DNA of 64,000 bases from assembly GCA_051362555.1 (NCBI GenBank), contig CM120648.1, positions 19,774,587 through 19,838,586 of the forward strand. The letters run 5' to 3'. The position numbers and the translations under genes are program-made. The notes under the pieces were generated by a model. The model ran no database searches. It was given only the letters and a program-made list of their open reading frames with translations, and was not told the origin of the DNA. Positions 13,201 to 25,422 of the stretch are shown piece after piece (the first letter of the stretch is position 1; each line of letters opens with the position of its first letter). Source of the DNA: Lingula anatina. Its lineage: Eukaryota; Animalia; Brachiopoda.

Positions 13201-13885
13201 ATTACAAGGGAGCGTGGCAGCCCCGCCCCAACAGCCCCGTGGTATGTATGGTGCATATATTGCTCGGGTGATAGTGTATTATGCCGCTCTTCAACATACA
13301 CTAACTGTCACAATACCGTTCTGGCAGACATTTTAAGCGCTTAAACTGAATGCAATTTAACGAAAATCCCCGAGGAGTTAGATTATTCCAGCTTGTACGA
13401 TAGGGTTATAAAAGCACTTCCTGAGAAAATCTCCTTGTATCATTTGGAAGTGCCCCCCCCCTTTATGATGCCGTTTAAATCACTTTAATAGCTCTCCTGG
13501 TATTAGAGAAAATCCTGTAACCGAAAACTAATATAGCTGCAGCGTCACCAGTTGGCCAAAGCACATCTATGTAATAAATTGTATTTTTGGGATTTTTTTA
13601 AACAGCAATTTAGAACAGGGACATTATTTTTATGATTTTATCCGTTTCGCTGTCACCCACCTTATAGGGGGGAGGGATAACCAGTGGCTCACATGCGTCT
13701 ATAGCAGTATAGACATTAGTATTATCTCTACACTGCAAAAAAGAAGGTATTGGCAAGCTATTGCAACATACGGTTTTTGCAACGTCAGCAATTATTTCAT
13801 ATTTTCAGATTACACCGCCTTTTAAAACTACCTTTTGCTATCAATGCAACGATGTGAGAAATTGGGGAGTAGGTGTTCAGATTTG
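10250..13885 (+). repeat. Local segmental duplication, copy A
   Basis: Collinear, diverged similarity to 25640-31812, e.g. GAACACCGTTTTAACGCCAATTTAATGACAC near 10550 and 26233, and GCAGACGGGGATAAAAAGA near 11725 and 27455. Confidence 0.85.
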
Positions 13886-13985
13886 AGTTGTCTGACACGT
13901 CCCCACAGAAAGGGGAAAGAAAAATGATCACGCCAGCATGATGAAATGTGTATTTGTCTTTAACGTGTGAATGCAGCTGAACAAT

Positions 13986-14461
13986 GTGAATGCAGCCGAA
14001 TATCACCTACACTTTATCACCTATCTTATATGTGTGTAAATAAAGGCCGAGTGCCAGGTCGGCACTTGAAGTTTGGGATTTGGACACCGCAGTCGTGTTT
14101 GTGTCTACATGTCATGGCAGAGGATAACCCATGTGGATGTGATGAAATACCATCGGGGAGGTACAGTTTATAGCATTTATCTTTATTGGTCATCATTTCG
14201 TAAATATTGCTGAAATACAAGGTTGGAGTAACATTTTTATAGTACAATTATCTTTATTGGTCATCATTTCGTAAATATTGATCTCATGGTCAGGCCAGTG
14301 TGTATCATTGCGCTTTCTCGCCACTACAGTACAACCAACGATTCATGCAGGGTAGTCTCCGCTCAAAATCTGTCATTGGACCGTTTCCAATCGCGATCTG
14401 TCATTGGAAAATCAGTGATTCTCTTACAGCAGGTTCCGATTGCAGTCTGCCCTAAGAGAAT
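13986..14461 (+). repeat. About 470-bp direct repeat, block Y copy 1
   Basis: Highly similar to 19179-19637, including an internal 33-bp duplication TTATCTTTATTGGTCATCATTTCGTAAATATTG. Confidence 0.9.
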
Positions 14462-16186
14462 TTGAACGTTTCAATGGATAGAAAAAATGCCAAGTCGATA
14501 TATGATGCATTAGCGAATCAAATAGACAGTTTGTGTAATACAATGGATGCTCAGATAAGTGACCCCGTAGAACTAAACAATCGGGTAGATGAATTTAGTA
14601 GCATGTTAAGAGATACTGTGTTGCCTTTTTGCAAAGTAAACAAGGTAGATAATCATTCCTTCATAAAGCAGTATGAGAAGAAATATTTACAGACTGCCAG
14701 TAGAAAATTGGATAAACCATGGTTTGATGAAAATTGTAAAGAAAAGCTAAAATACTATAAGACCGCTCTACATGAGTTCAATATGGAAAAAGCACCAGAT
14801 AAGCATAAAATCCTCTTAGACAAAAAATCAAGTTAGAAGAATATTTGCAAACAGCTAAAAAGAAAATAAAGTCGCTTTGAAGGTGATATGTTAGAATATA
14901 CCAGAAAGCACAATCCGCGTGTTTTTTATAAGCAGTTCTCACGTAAAAAGAGTGTAAATGTTAATTCGGAGCTTACTATCGATAAACTCTATGATTATTT
15001 TAAGAACGCGACGAATGGTGGAACAGATTGTGACATACGCGAAGTAGACTCCAATGTAGGCTTATACACCGAGACAGTTTTCAATGAATTAGATAGTCCT
15101 GTGAGTGACGGTGAGATCATAGGCGCAATTAAAACAATAAAAGCTAACAAGAGCTGTGCCGAGGACTGTATGATAAATGAAAATTTTATACACTGTAAAA
15201 ATGTTTTACTACCGGCGTTAAGAACTTTGTTTAATTCTGTACTAGATTCGGGGCACTTTCCAGAGAATTGGTGTAAGGGTTGTATTATACCTTTACATAA
15301 AAAGGGAAATGTTGATGATCCTTGTAATTATAGGGGAATTACGATAACTAGTTGTTTAGGCAAGCTGTTTACTTCCATACTTAATAAAAGGTTAGAAGCT
15401 TGGGATAATTAGGATAATAGTGTTACAACCGACGCACAATTTGGATTTAAAGCGGGACATAGTACCGTAGATGCTATCTTTGTGCTACAGCACGTGATAA
15501 ATCGTACTTTAAGGAGTAAGAAGAGATTATATTGTGCGTTTGTGGATTTTAAACCCGCTTTCGATTCCATCGATAGGTAAAGTTTATGGAAGAAATTAAA
15601 TAAACTCGGTGTCCAGGGTAAATTGCTCCAAATTTTAAAAAAGTCTTTACAGCAAAGTAAAGGCTTGTGTTTTAACAGTTTAACTTAAAATTTTAAAGGT
15701 CAGCTATCTGAATACATCCAAATACACACCGGTCTATTACAAGGAGAGGTAGTGTCCCCGCTACTTATTTCTTTATATGTTAATGATTTTGAAACTTTTT
15801 GCTTATCGGAAAATTTTGAAAGTATTGAAATACGGGGCATAAATCTTTTTTTTTACTTATGTACACAGGTGATACGGTACTTCTATCGGAAACCCCTCAA
15901 GGACTACAAAAACTTTTGGATACTCTGAAATTATACTCACAAAAGTGGAATTTAACGGTCAATACAGCAAAAACAAAAAAATGGTCTTTAGAAATGGGGG
16001 TAAGTTAAGGGCTGAAGAGAAATGGAAATATAACGGTGTTGTCTTAGAAAGGGTGAATCAATTTAGTTATCTCGGATTACTTTTTAATTTTAATGGAAAG
16101 TTTTGTCAAACCCAAAAACATATAGCAGAACAGGGTAAAAACGCATTATTTGCTATTAGTAGCATGTTAAAAAACCATAACTTTAA

Positions 16187-17221
16187 CCCTCAAGTGACCG
16201 AGTGGGGTCATTTACGACCCCAGCCATATGATTTAATGTGCCATCTCTTTATTTTTTATTCGAATTTTCTTTCCTTGTATGAGTTTGTCAGTCTACTAAT
16301 CCTACACACTTTCACAGTTTTTTTGTAGGGATCAATCAATTAGTATGGTGTATACACCACAAACTCTTGTGGGGTCATTTATGACCCCAAAGAGAAGCAT
16401 TGGCTTTTAAATATTAGTTTTTAAATTTTATTCAAATGTTTTGCCCAAGCAACACTGACAGGGAAATATCACATTCATGTGATTCATGCAACCAGCCAAT
16501 GTGCCCAAAACATAGGCACAAATAAGTGGTTTGTGAAGACTGTGCTTGAAGTGTTACTAACAGTGCATCGCTGAATCTAATTTCAGTAGCTTTGTTGGAA
16601 CGTGTTCTCATAATTGGGGCTCTCATTTTGACGGTTACAATTTTCGGGTATTTTGGAAATATAAAGAATTCTGTCAACATCATATTATACATATATTAAC
16701 AAATTGTTGGTGTGGATTTTGTTTTATACAAAGATGTGATAGTAACATACATGTAGGTTGGTTGAATGTGTTCTGAGTAATATGACTTCCTTACCAGCAT
16801 TAGGGTATTCCCTACTCAGCAAGTCAGCTAATTATTCTTATTGCAGTTAGTAGGATGCTATCTCAACATAAGTCAAAATATTTTTACTCAAAGTAATTTT
16901 GTAATGTACTTTTTTCATTTAGTGTGGCAAATAAAAAGAGAAATATTTCTGCAAGTAGAAACTGACAAGGACTGTCTAAATACCGGTGTAATGTTGTTCT
17001 TAAAATCTGTGCTTGGTTATTCCATGCAATAAAAGTATTATTACCGAATACTTATTACATTAGATCATTATAAAATACTTGTCTTAAATCCTGGGAGTAG
17101 TACAGGTGTGATAAACCATCAACAGCCTTTTATAATAAGGATCCCTGTATAGAGCATAATGGGGTCATAGATGACCCCACTTGGTCATTTCAGTCGGTAA
17201 AATAGCTTGGTCTCTTGAGGG
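16187..17221. mobile_element. Non-autonomous piggyBac element inserted in the LINE
   Basis: TTAA TSD at 16183-16186 and 17222-17225. TIR CCCTCAAGTGACCGAG / CTTGGTCTCTTGAGGG. GGGGTCAT...GACCCC subterminal palindromes. Removal restores the LINE frame (KNHNFNASTRCAVFD). Confidence 0.93.
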
Positions 17222-18172
17222 TTAATGCGTCCACCAGGTGTGCAGTATTTGATACGTACGTTGGTAGTATTTTAAATTATGCATCAGAAATATGGGGATA
17301 TAATAAGGCAAAGGATATAAGAAAGGTACATACCGATTTTTTGAAAAGAATGCTGGGTGTTAAAAGAAGCACTAGTAATAACTTAGTATATTATGAAACC
17401 GGACGATATCCACTTATTTTAAGTAGAAAACTAAGAATTTTTAAATATTGGCTGAAAATCCGCTCTTCAAAAAACTGTATTATACAAACATGCTATAAAG
17501 ATATCTTTAACAATGATTTTGAGTGGATAAATTGTATACGGATGACCTTGAATTAATGGCCTGTCAGTTACTTTTTATGAAAACATGTCGGATGTTTGTA
17601 TACTGTCTTTGATAGAACAAAATTGAAGGATCAATTTAGACAAGTACTGACAGGAGAAATATTCACAGCCAGTAAAGGGCTTCTGTACCAACACCTTGTC
17701 GATAATTTCACAATGCAATTATACTTGAATAAGCCAATTTCACAGAAAAGTAAGGAATTTATAGCAAAATTTAGGCTTTCATCACATAATCTAGCTGTAG
17801 AGACTGGCCGATACACAGATACAAATAGGAAATTAAGAATCTGTAAGTTATGCAATTTAAACGATGTAGAGAATGAATTTCATTTTATTCTTAGATGCCC
17901 TCACTACAATACGTTTAGGCAGAAATATATTAAGAAAATTTATTTTACAAAGCCAAGTGTCTTTAAATTAATCGAATTACTATCACTTAACAATGTATCA
18001 CAATTAAACAATTTGGGAAAATACCTGAAATGTGCATCGGAACTAAGATTAAGGTCAATCTGATGAATCATTACTATTATTATTGTTTGTATCAGTAGTA
18101 GTTATTGTAGTCATAGTAGTTGATTAGATATAACTTTATATTGTCACTGTTTTATATTCTGATGACCCATAG

Positions 18173-18456
18173 CCCGCACGAAAATGCAGTAGTATCGAAG
18201 TAGCAAAGAAGCATTAACGCAGTAGTGGTGTGGAGCATATTTGCAGTAGAAATGCAGTATAGCCTACTGCAATTCTACTTCAAAAATTACATAGGGTTGT
18301 ACAGAGGAGGAGCATTAATGCAGTAGATTAGCAGCATGATAGAAGCATGTTTCAAATATGCAAATTAGCTTCCACATCGAAGCAGATTTGACGCATGTTT
18401 GCAGTATGATTGCAGTAGTCTACTGCGCTGGAGTATCTACTTCGTTTTTGTGCGGG
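18173..18456. mobile_element. MITE with CCC...GGG ends and 2-bp TSD (EnSpm-like) in the LINE 3' UTR
   Basis: TIR CCCGCACGAAAATGCAGTAG / CTACTTCGTTTTTGTGCGGG. AG on both flanks. Internal GCAGTAG repeats. Confidence 0.8.
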
Positions 18457-18961
18457 AGGGCTTAAAGGTTCAATAAATTTAATCAATGGGTCTTCCTCGG
18501 CAATCGAGTAATTTTACCTGGGAAATTCCTTCTCTGTTATCGGCAAAGTGATCAGATGAAACTGTCTGTCGAGAAAAAGTGGCCGTCACTTGTGTTAATA
18601 CGAGTTTTTTACAGGTAACGCTGCACGATTATTTTGTACGGCACTTGGTAATTGCCAGATCAATGGAAAAATCCAGTGATTACGTCAGAGCGGTATCTCT
18701 CGAAATGCCAGCTAAGATAAAGTGGAGACGCTCTGTTGCACAAGAATCAGCGGTAAAAGTGGCTGAGAGAAGGCGTTTGAATAAAATGACAGAGTGTGGG
18801 TGAGTTTTGAAACCACGAAAGTGTTGATTGTAAAAAAGAATCTATTCATATCTTTTGAAGCATGTAAAAGTTGCGTCGGCATTTTACTGTGGATAGAGTC
18901 CAATACCAGATCAATTACCGTACTTAAGGATAACATGAAGTTATTAATTATTTTATGAATA

Positions 18962-19165
18962 GGTCTGATTTCTCACATTATTGCAGACCCCTAATAGCAA
19001 AGGGTATTTTCAAAATGCGATGTTACTGGTTAATCTGAAAATATGGAATGATTTCTGACATTGCAAAAATCAATTGTTGCAATAGCGTTGCCAATAATTA
19101 TAACTTATTTTTAGCGGTGTAGGCGCAATATTAAATGTCGGTAGACGCATATGAGCCACTGGTTA
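18962..19165 (-). repeat. Inverted copy of block X
   Basis: Reverse complement TAACCAGTGGCTCATATGCGTCTA... matches 13678-13885 and 29416-29449 plus 31628-31790. Confidence 0.9.
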
Positions 19166-19178
19166 ACAACCCGAGCTA

Positions 19179-19637
19179 TGTGAATGCAGCCGAATAAAAC
19201 CTACACTATCACCTATCTCATTTGTGTCTAAATAAAAGCCGAGTGACAGGTTGGCACTTGATGTTTGGGATTTGAACACCGCAGTCGTGTTTGTCTCTAC
19301 GTGTCATGGCGGAGGATAACCCATGTGGATGTGATGAAATACCATTGGGGAGGTACAGTTTATAGCATTTATCTTTATTGGTCATCATTTCGTAAATATT
19401 GCTGAAATACAAGGTTGGAGTAACATTTTTATAGTACAATTATCTTTATTGGTCATCATTTCGTAAATATTGATCTCATGGTCAGGCCAGTGTGTATCAT
19501 TGCGCTTTATCGCCACTACAGTACAATCGCCGATTCATGCAGGGTAGTCTCCGCTCAGAATCTGTCATAGGACCGTTTCCAATCGCGATCTGTCATTGTA
19601 ACATAAGTGATTCTCTTACAGTCTGCCCTAAGAGAAT
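19179..19637 (+). repeat. Block Y copy 2
   Basis: Direct repeat of 13986-14461. Confidence 0.9.
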
Positions 19638-19980
19638 CACCGATTCGTTTGTTATCTCAGCAAGTAAAAATGCAAAATAGATGATCTGCTTTTTAAATGT
19701 CCACTTTATTAAAAATGTCATACTGTCTGCAGGTTTTATTGTAATGGGTTTAAATATACATGGTAAATATTGATCTTATGGTTAGGTCAGTGTTTATACC
19801 TGTAATTGCGTTCTGACGCAGAGTATTCCTTACGTTTTTCACTTGAGTCCATGACAATTGTGTATTGCGATCCTTTATTTGTGTTTAAGTATTCACTGGT
19901 TCTACTTACTGAGTCAGATTGTATATCGTTGTGTATTGTCGTCTCTGTTATCCTACACGTCTGCACGGTAGCTGTATTAG

Positions 19981-20197
19981 GGTGTATTTCCAGAGATTTA
20001 GATCGATCCAGGGACTTAAATTTAGATCGACCTAACTCCCTGGAGGTTCACGCTAAATTGCAGTCAGACGAGCGGGCACCAGAGTTAATTACCCCCTTAC
20101 AGCTTTTAGTAGGCGGGACAGACGCTTAAGCCGGCCAAGCTGACAGTAATCTAGTGAGACTCCCCACAGGGATAGATCGATCTAAAAATCTATGGAA
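19981..20197. mobile_element. About 210-bp MITE (GATCGATC-box family, Harbinger-like ends)
   Basis: Inverted ends ATTTCCAGAGATTTAGATCGATC / GATCGATCTAAAAATCTATGGAAAT. Full paralogue at 35766-35980. Confidence 0.8.
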
Positions 20198-22053
20198 ATG
20201 GGGTGTTAGCGAAAACTCACCCGGATAAGGCGGGGATATTGGGCTCTCCACCTGGTGGGCGCAGTACTTACCGTAATTGCGCACACGTACTCTGAGCAGG
20301 GAAGAAGGGAAATACACACCGTTGTCTTTCAGTGACATTTTAAGTGAAATTCCAGATATGTCACTATAGTCGAGTAGCCAGAACGCTAACCCTGCAATGT
20401 TTTTCCTGTAAACTTTTTTGCTGAAATGCATTCTTTAGGCCGAGACAAGAAAAATTAGCTTGGTTGCTATTTCCGAGACATTTAGCATTTTTCAATATGG
20501 CCGTCACTTTGTGAGAAAATGTAGAAAAACGACCAGAAGTCGCCGGGTATACTTTATTTAGAATTACTTTAAACATTTTTCATATCAGGAGAGCACAGCT
20601 GTACTAGTTTATACACTTACGCGCGAAACATTTAGCAAAAAGTCAAAATGGCCGTCAAAATATATGGCAGAAAGTTTAAAAAAAGCTGCAAATTCAGTTC
20701 GCTTTTTGCATATTTTGTCTTAATAAAAGCATATCCGCCTTTTCTGTTCATGTTCATCGTGATCATTTGTTAGCCATGATCCGTAACTCTCAGAAACTGC
20801 TTATTTGACATTTATCAGATGGTGGCAGGCGGTGTCATCTCCAGAGAGTCCATTTACCACTCCCACGAGCCCCCATAGTGAAAGCCTACTATGTTATATC
20901 TTACAAGCTTTTTAAAAAAGCAATTATTTCATCTGGGTTTTAAAACTTAGAAAAACTTATTAAGCTTGGCTTTCTATGCAAGTTTATACTTACGAGGCAT
21001 TGATAGTTTTTCAAAATTCAAGATGGTCGTCAATCTGTTGTAAGAATAGCAAGAGCCATACATTCAAATCAAAATGTGTATGCTTCACTCCATTGCTCGC
21101 CATTGCATATTTATGTGTACATCCATGCACATTGCGGTCATTTATTTCATTTCATTTCATAAATAATGGTCTCCAAAACATAATGGAAAGGGCAAAAAAT
21201 TAAACAACCGTAAAACTACAAGCCCTTTAACTGAAATTGACCTTAAATGGAACAAAACGATAAACCTGCGGTCAAGACATAGCACAGAATAAAACATATT
21301 TTTAGGTTAAATAATACAAAAGAGAAAACCAATATGTCCGTCAATGCTACTCTATGATCAAACCAAACATTAATTGCGGATATCTTAGTTCTGACTACTA
21401 GTTTTTCATTCTAAATCAAATATTACATGGTGGATGAGGTCAGTGGATGTGGATAAGATGTGCAAGGTATTATCATCCCAGTGTGTGTAAACTAAATCAT
21501 TCTGAAATTTAAAAAGGCGTCAGATCGTTTTTCTTAGGGTTGGATTATTTTTATCCTCTTTTTGTAATTTTTAAAATATTTTTAACACCTATGGGTTAAG
21601 GCAAATTTGTTGTATAATTATGAATTTGATTATAAATAATCAAGACCCAGGCGGCGGCATACAAACCCAGTGTTTGGGGCCAATGAGGTCAGCTATTCTT
21701 GACAACGTGGCATAATTCGGGGATATGCGATAGCTACCCATGTATTTGAAATGTTGTTTTTGCCAATATACACTTACAGCCTATGGAAGCTTTGAGATAG
21801 GAATGTATGCATATTTTTAATTGTAGGTGAGTTGTAATAGTTCATTGTGGATTTATTGATGATTTAGTGCTCGGGTAGTTGAGATAATGATGAGTCATCA
21901 TGTCGTCATGGTCCGTTTCACATGGTTTTGCAAAAGTGGACCAAATACACATTGAGCAATAATCAGTGGCATCTGCACATTTTAAGGATTGGTTTTGGAG
22001 CCTATAAAGGCCCATAAAAGGCCAGCATTGTTGTTAGTCCAGTGAACGGAATC

Positions 22054-22715
22054 ATGCCATATTGTTTATCATGTGAACAACGTACGCGCTGGGTGTGAGG
22101 GGAGTCTGAATTGGGCTACAGTGTATGGGCTGCTCCCAACCCACAATCAGGAACCTGGTTGAATGACACAACATGCCAGGCTCTGATGGCGATAGACTGC
22201 AGCCAGGGCGAGAAAGTGTCAACTCCCGACCAGGATCGCTACATCAGGTTGCACCACCTGCGGGACCAATTTCGCCATGTCAGTTGTACAGCAAAAGAAG
22301 CACACAGGAGGAAGAACAACCGGAGCAGCAGCCAGACTGTGCGTCGACGCTTGCCGGAGGTCAACCGTTGGTGGTCGTTGATTGAAACATACCAGTAATT
22401 TCCTGTCAAAACAAAGATCAAATTCTGCTACCTCACATGACCTCGTTCATGCAGCAGCAAACTTATGTCACCGTTTCCCAACAGGACAAGACCCGTACAC
22501 ATTCGGCACAAATGATCCATGCGTATCTGGAGACCTAAGGGTGGATGTCCTACCCCGGCCTGCCTATTCTCCGGATATGAATCCGATTGAACACTTGTGG
22601 TACTATCTTTGCCGTCCGTTGGCAAGGCAGCAGCTGATCCAGGCACTACGGCAAGACAGGAATAGGATTTTGCATGACATCATCCCATTTATAGCCCGAG
22701 AATGCGCCAACGGAT
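22054..22715 (+). pseudogene. Tc1 transposase remnant, internally deleted
   Basis: TPDQDRYIRLHHLRDQF...SSQTVRRRL (Tc3-like HTH region) and VLPRPAYSPDMNPIEHLW (Tc1 SPDLNPIE motif), in different frames. Confidence 0.88.
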
Positions 22716-22999
22716 CATTATTAATTTTACCCTCCCCCCGTCCCCACAAACGTACTTGGTTGGACTCTCTGTAAATTTAGGGTCCCGATTACAGATTAAC
22801 ATTTTGGACTCCCTGTACCACAAATCCTGCGGAAAGCCCTGCTGGCCCTTGAAAAAATTTCCATCAGACTGAGACTGTATTAAAAAGAGAATGTAACTGT
22901 CAGTCCTATCAAGGACCCTCTTTTATAGAGTCTTAGTATAACTATACCTTACTAGGACACCTTGTCAATAAATAAATAGAAGGGTTTAATGTATATTAT

Positions 23000-24423
23000 G
23001 GGCATTCTTACAATCCTGGGCACTTTTCAGATTTTCCCACATATTGCTAATTAACAAATTACATACATATGATCAAAGAATTCTTTTATCACCATGTTAG
23101 AGAGTGGTGTAAGTGAAGATAAACACTGAAAATAGAAACCAAATATCAACTCCGAGTCGAAAGTTATGCTAAAGCAAATCCCGAAAAATGACCAAACAAA
23201 TTTCCCGTTTTAGTCATATGAAATAAAAAGCAACCTGAAATAAATTAAAACAGTGTTTGAAATTGCATTTTTTTTTTATTATAAAACACTCAGTAGTAAG
23301 GTGGAAGCAAAAAAGTTTAAATATTAACAGGAGAGAGGTGTATCCTAGAAAAAAAGTATTTTAATGGCATGCTGGTATTTCCGTTAAACGAAATGTCCAT
23401 TCCGAAACAAAAATATATTACTTTCAGAAAATATATCATAAAACATACAGTATAATTAACCATCCTAATCATTATTTGGATGTATTGGTATTGTTTGTAT
23501 CAAATAATGAAATCTGCGCGATGATTCTGGAGCTTGACATAGAGTGCAAAATAACCCTACCGTGTTTTTCCGTTAAATTTGTCCATTCCGAAACATTGGG
23601 TTTCTCTTACATAAAAAGAACATGTTGATACCTAGCCTGTAACAATATATATTTCTCTAAAGCCCAGGACATGTGATATTTATTTTTATATAAGAAAACC
23701 CCAGTGCACAGAAACCCATTTAACTGTGGCCTTTTTTGAGATGCTTGTTAAAAATTGTCCATTCCGAAACAAAGTACCTTTACATTGCCAATGTTATAAA
23801 TAGAGAGAATTCTGTCTTTTTAATGCTGTATTTTTCACTTGGCATGAGCAAATTACTGTTAGAGCATCATGCATATGACATAAAAATAATAGAAAAACAT
23901 TTCTTTAGTGGCATCTTTTTAAATTTTTATATCTATCCTCAACAAAAAATTCATTTTTGCAAGTCAGCATCTTTTCTTTGGATCTACTAGAACTTCCATT
24001 GCATATTTCCCCAAAGTTCATGTATTTCAAAGTCAAATTAACAATTAATTGAAGAGATTATAACAGTATAAATAGAAATAAAGGCAATTTGGATGCTTTG
24101 TATCGGAAAGGACATTTTTAACACATTGTCTAAAACACTTGTTTACTCTTTGGTCTGCTCATCTATTTATTATTCCTGAGGAAGAGGATGATGGGAAGCA
24201 CATCAATATTATGTAGAATATAACTGTGAATAATATAGCTTACCTTACTTTAAATATTGCTTACTTATGATGTACATAAAAGTATTCGAAAATAGTTATG
24301 AGGCTACACATGTTAAAGTTGCGAGAGTCAGTTCACTGGCAGGGTTTACGGAGGCACTTGCAGGCAGACACGTGCAGGTTATACTTAACTTCCTGTGATT
24401 ATTTATAATATATACATACGTCA

Positions 24424-24486
<63 letters not shown>

Positions 24487-25422
24487 AAGCAGTTTCGTTA
24501 ATGTTAAATAAATGTCTATTCCGAAACACAGGACATGCCACAAAGGACATATTTAAAAATGTAATTACTTAATTTAAACCTGACCTTGTCAAATAATATT
24601 TTATACAGCTATGAGCTGTATCAAAAGGAAGTATAATAGGGTATAATGGAGTGTAGAAGACTCTATTTAATGTCATGATCAAATACTAATGGAGAAACAT
24701 TTAAAAAAAGAATCAAAAACTATCCAAAATGACCAATTAATGTAATAAAAACAGTTCAGTTTTAATCTAGTTAACTCATATTTTGTCCAATGATTGCTTC
24801 ACCTGTACCTTGTAAACCAACATACTATGAGATCTTAAGGCATTTTCATAAATGTTAAATAAATGTCCATTCCGAAACAAGGACATGTCTAAAAGGACAT
24901 ATTTTTAAACATGTCTTTACTGTTGGTAAATCTGACATTGTCAAATAATATTTTATACAGCTATGAACTGTAACAAAAGAAATTGTAATAAGAATCAATA
25001 TTTAATAAAATATCTCAAAATATATCAGAATCGAAAACTTCATGGAGTCACATTTAATACTGAAACAGGAAAATTACAAAATATCATTGATTCGTCAAAT
25101 TTTGGATATTTTCATCCATTTTTTGCAAAAACATAAAAGAGCAATAGTCTCTGAGTAAAAGTAAGTGGTTTTTTGGAGATCAATACCTTAAATTATCATA
25201 AAAGTCACACACTTCAAGGTTTAGCTTATGAAAATTAAAAAAATGATTTTCAAAATTCAAATAATCATATCTTTATACATACACAAGGTTTTATCTCGGG
25301 ATTGTCATTTCTTATACCCTTCAGGTCTATACTTTCAAGAAAAGTACAAATTTCAACACAATAATGACTTCTATAATGACCCTTGGTGGAAAGAAAAGGA
25401 GCCCAGGATTGTAAAAATGCCC
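23000..25422. mobile_element. Non-autonomous DNA transposon (Sola2-like or TA-target)
   Basis: TIR (TAT)GGGCATTCTTACAATCCTGGGC / GCCCAGGATTGTAAAAATGCCC(ATA). Internal repeats TGTCCATTCCGAAAC at least 5 times. TSD ambiguous (TTAT/ATAT or TA). Confidence 0.8.
24426..24482. repeat. (TA)n microsatellite
   Basis: Long TA run. Confidence 0.95.

Larger units (their letters stand above)
14462..18487 (+). mobile_element. 5'-truncated decayed LINE (RTEX/RTE-like ORF2 pseudogene)
   Basis: Motifs KPWFD, NYRGITITSCLGKLF, QFGF, FVDFKPAFDSIDR, GLLQGEVVSPLL and YTGD (dead YADD). C-terminal HNLAVETGRY...CKLC...EFHFILRC zinc knuckle. Several stops and frameshifts. AATAAA near 18472. Clade assignment is tentative. 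Confidence 0.9.

Noticed and set aside
18159-18470. CTGATGA plus a short stem as a hammerhead ribozyme at the LINE 3' end
   Set aside because: After removing the MITE there is no GAAA core or closing helices.
13986-19637. Y direct repeats as LTRs, or DIRS-type split repeats, around the RT
   Set aside because: The RT is non-LTR type. There is no PBS, TSD, gag or tyrosine recombinase, and copy 1 is simply truncated by the LINE.
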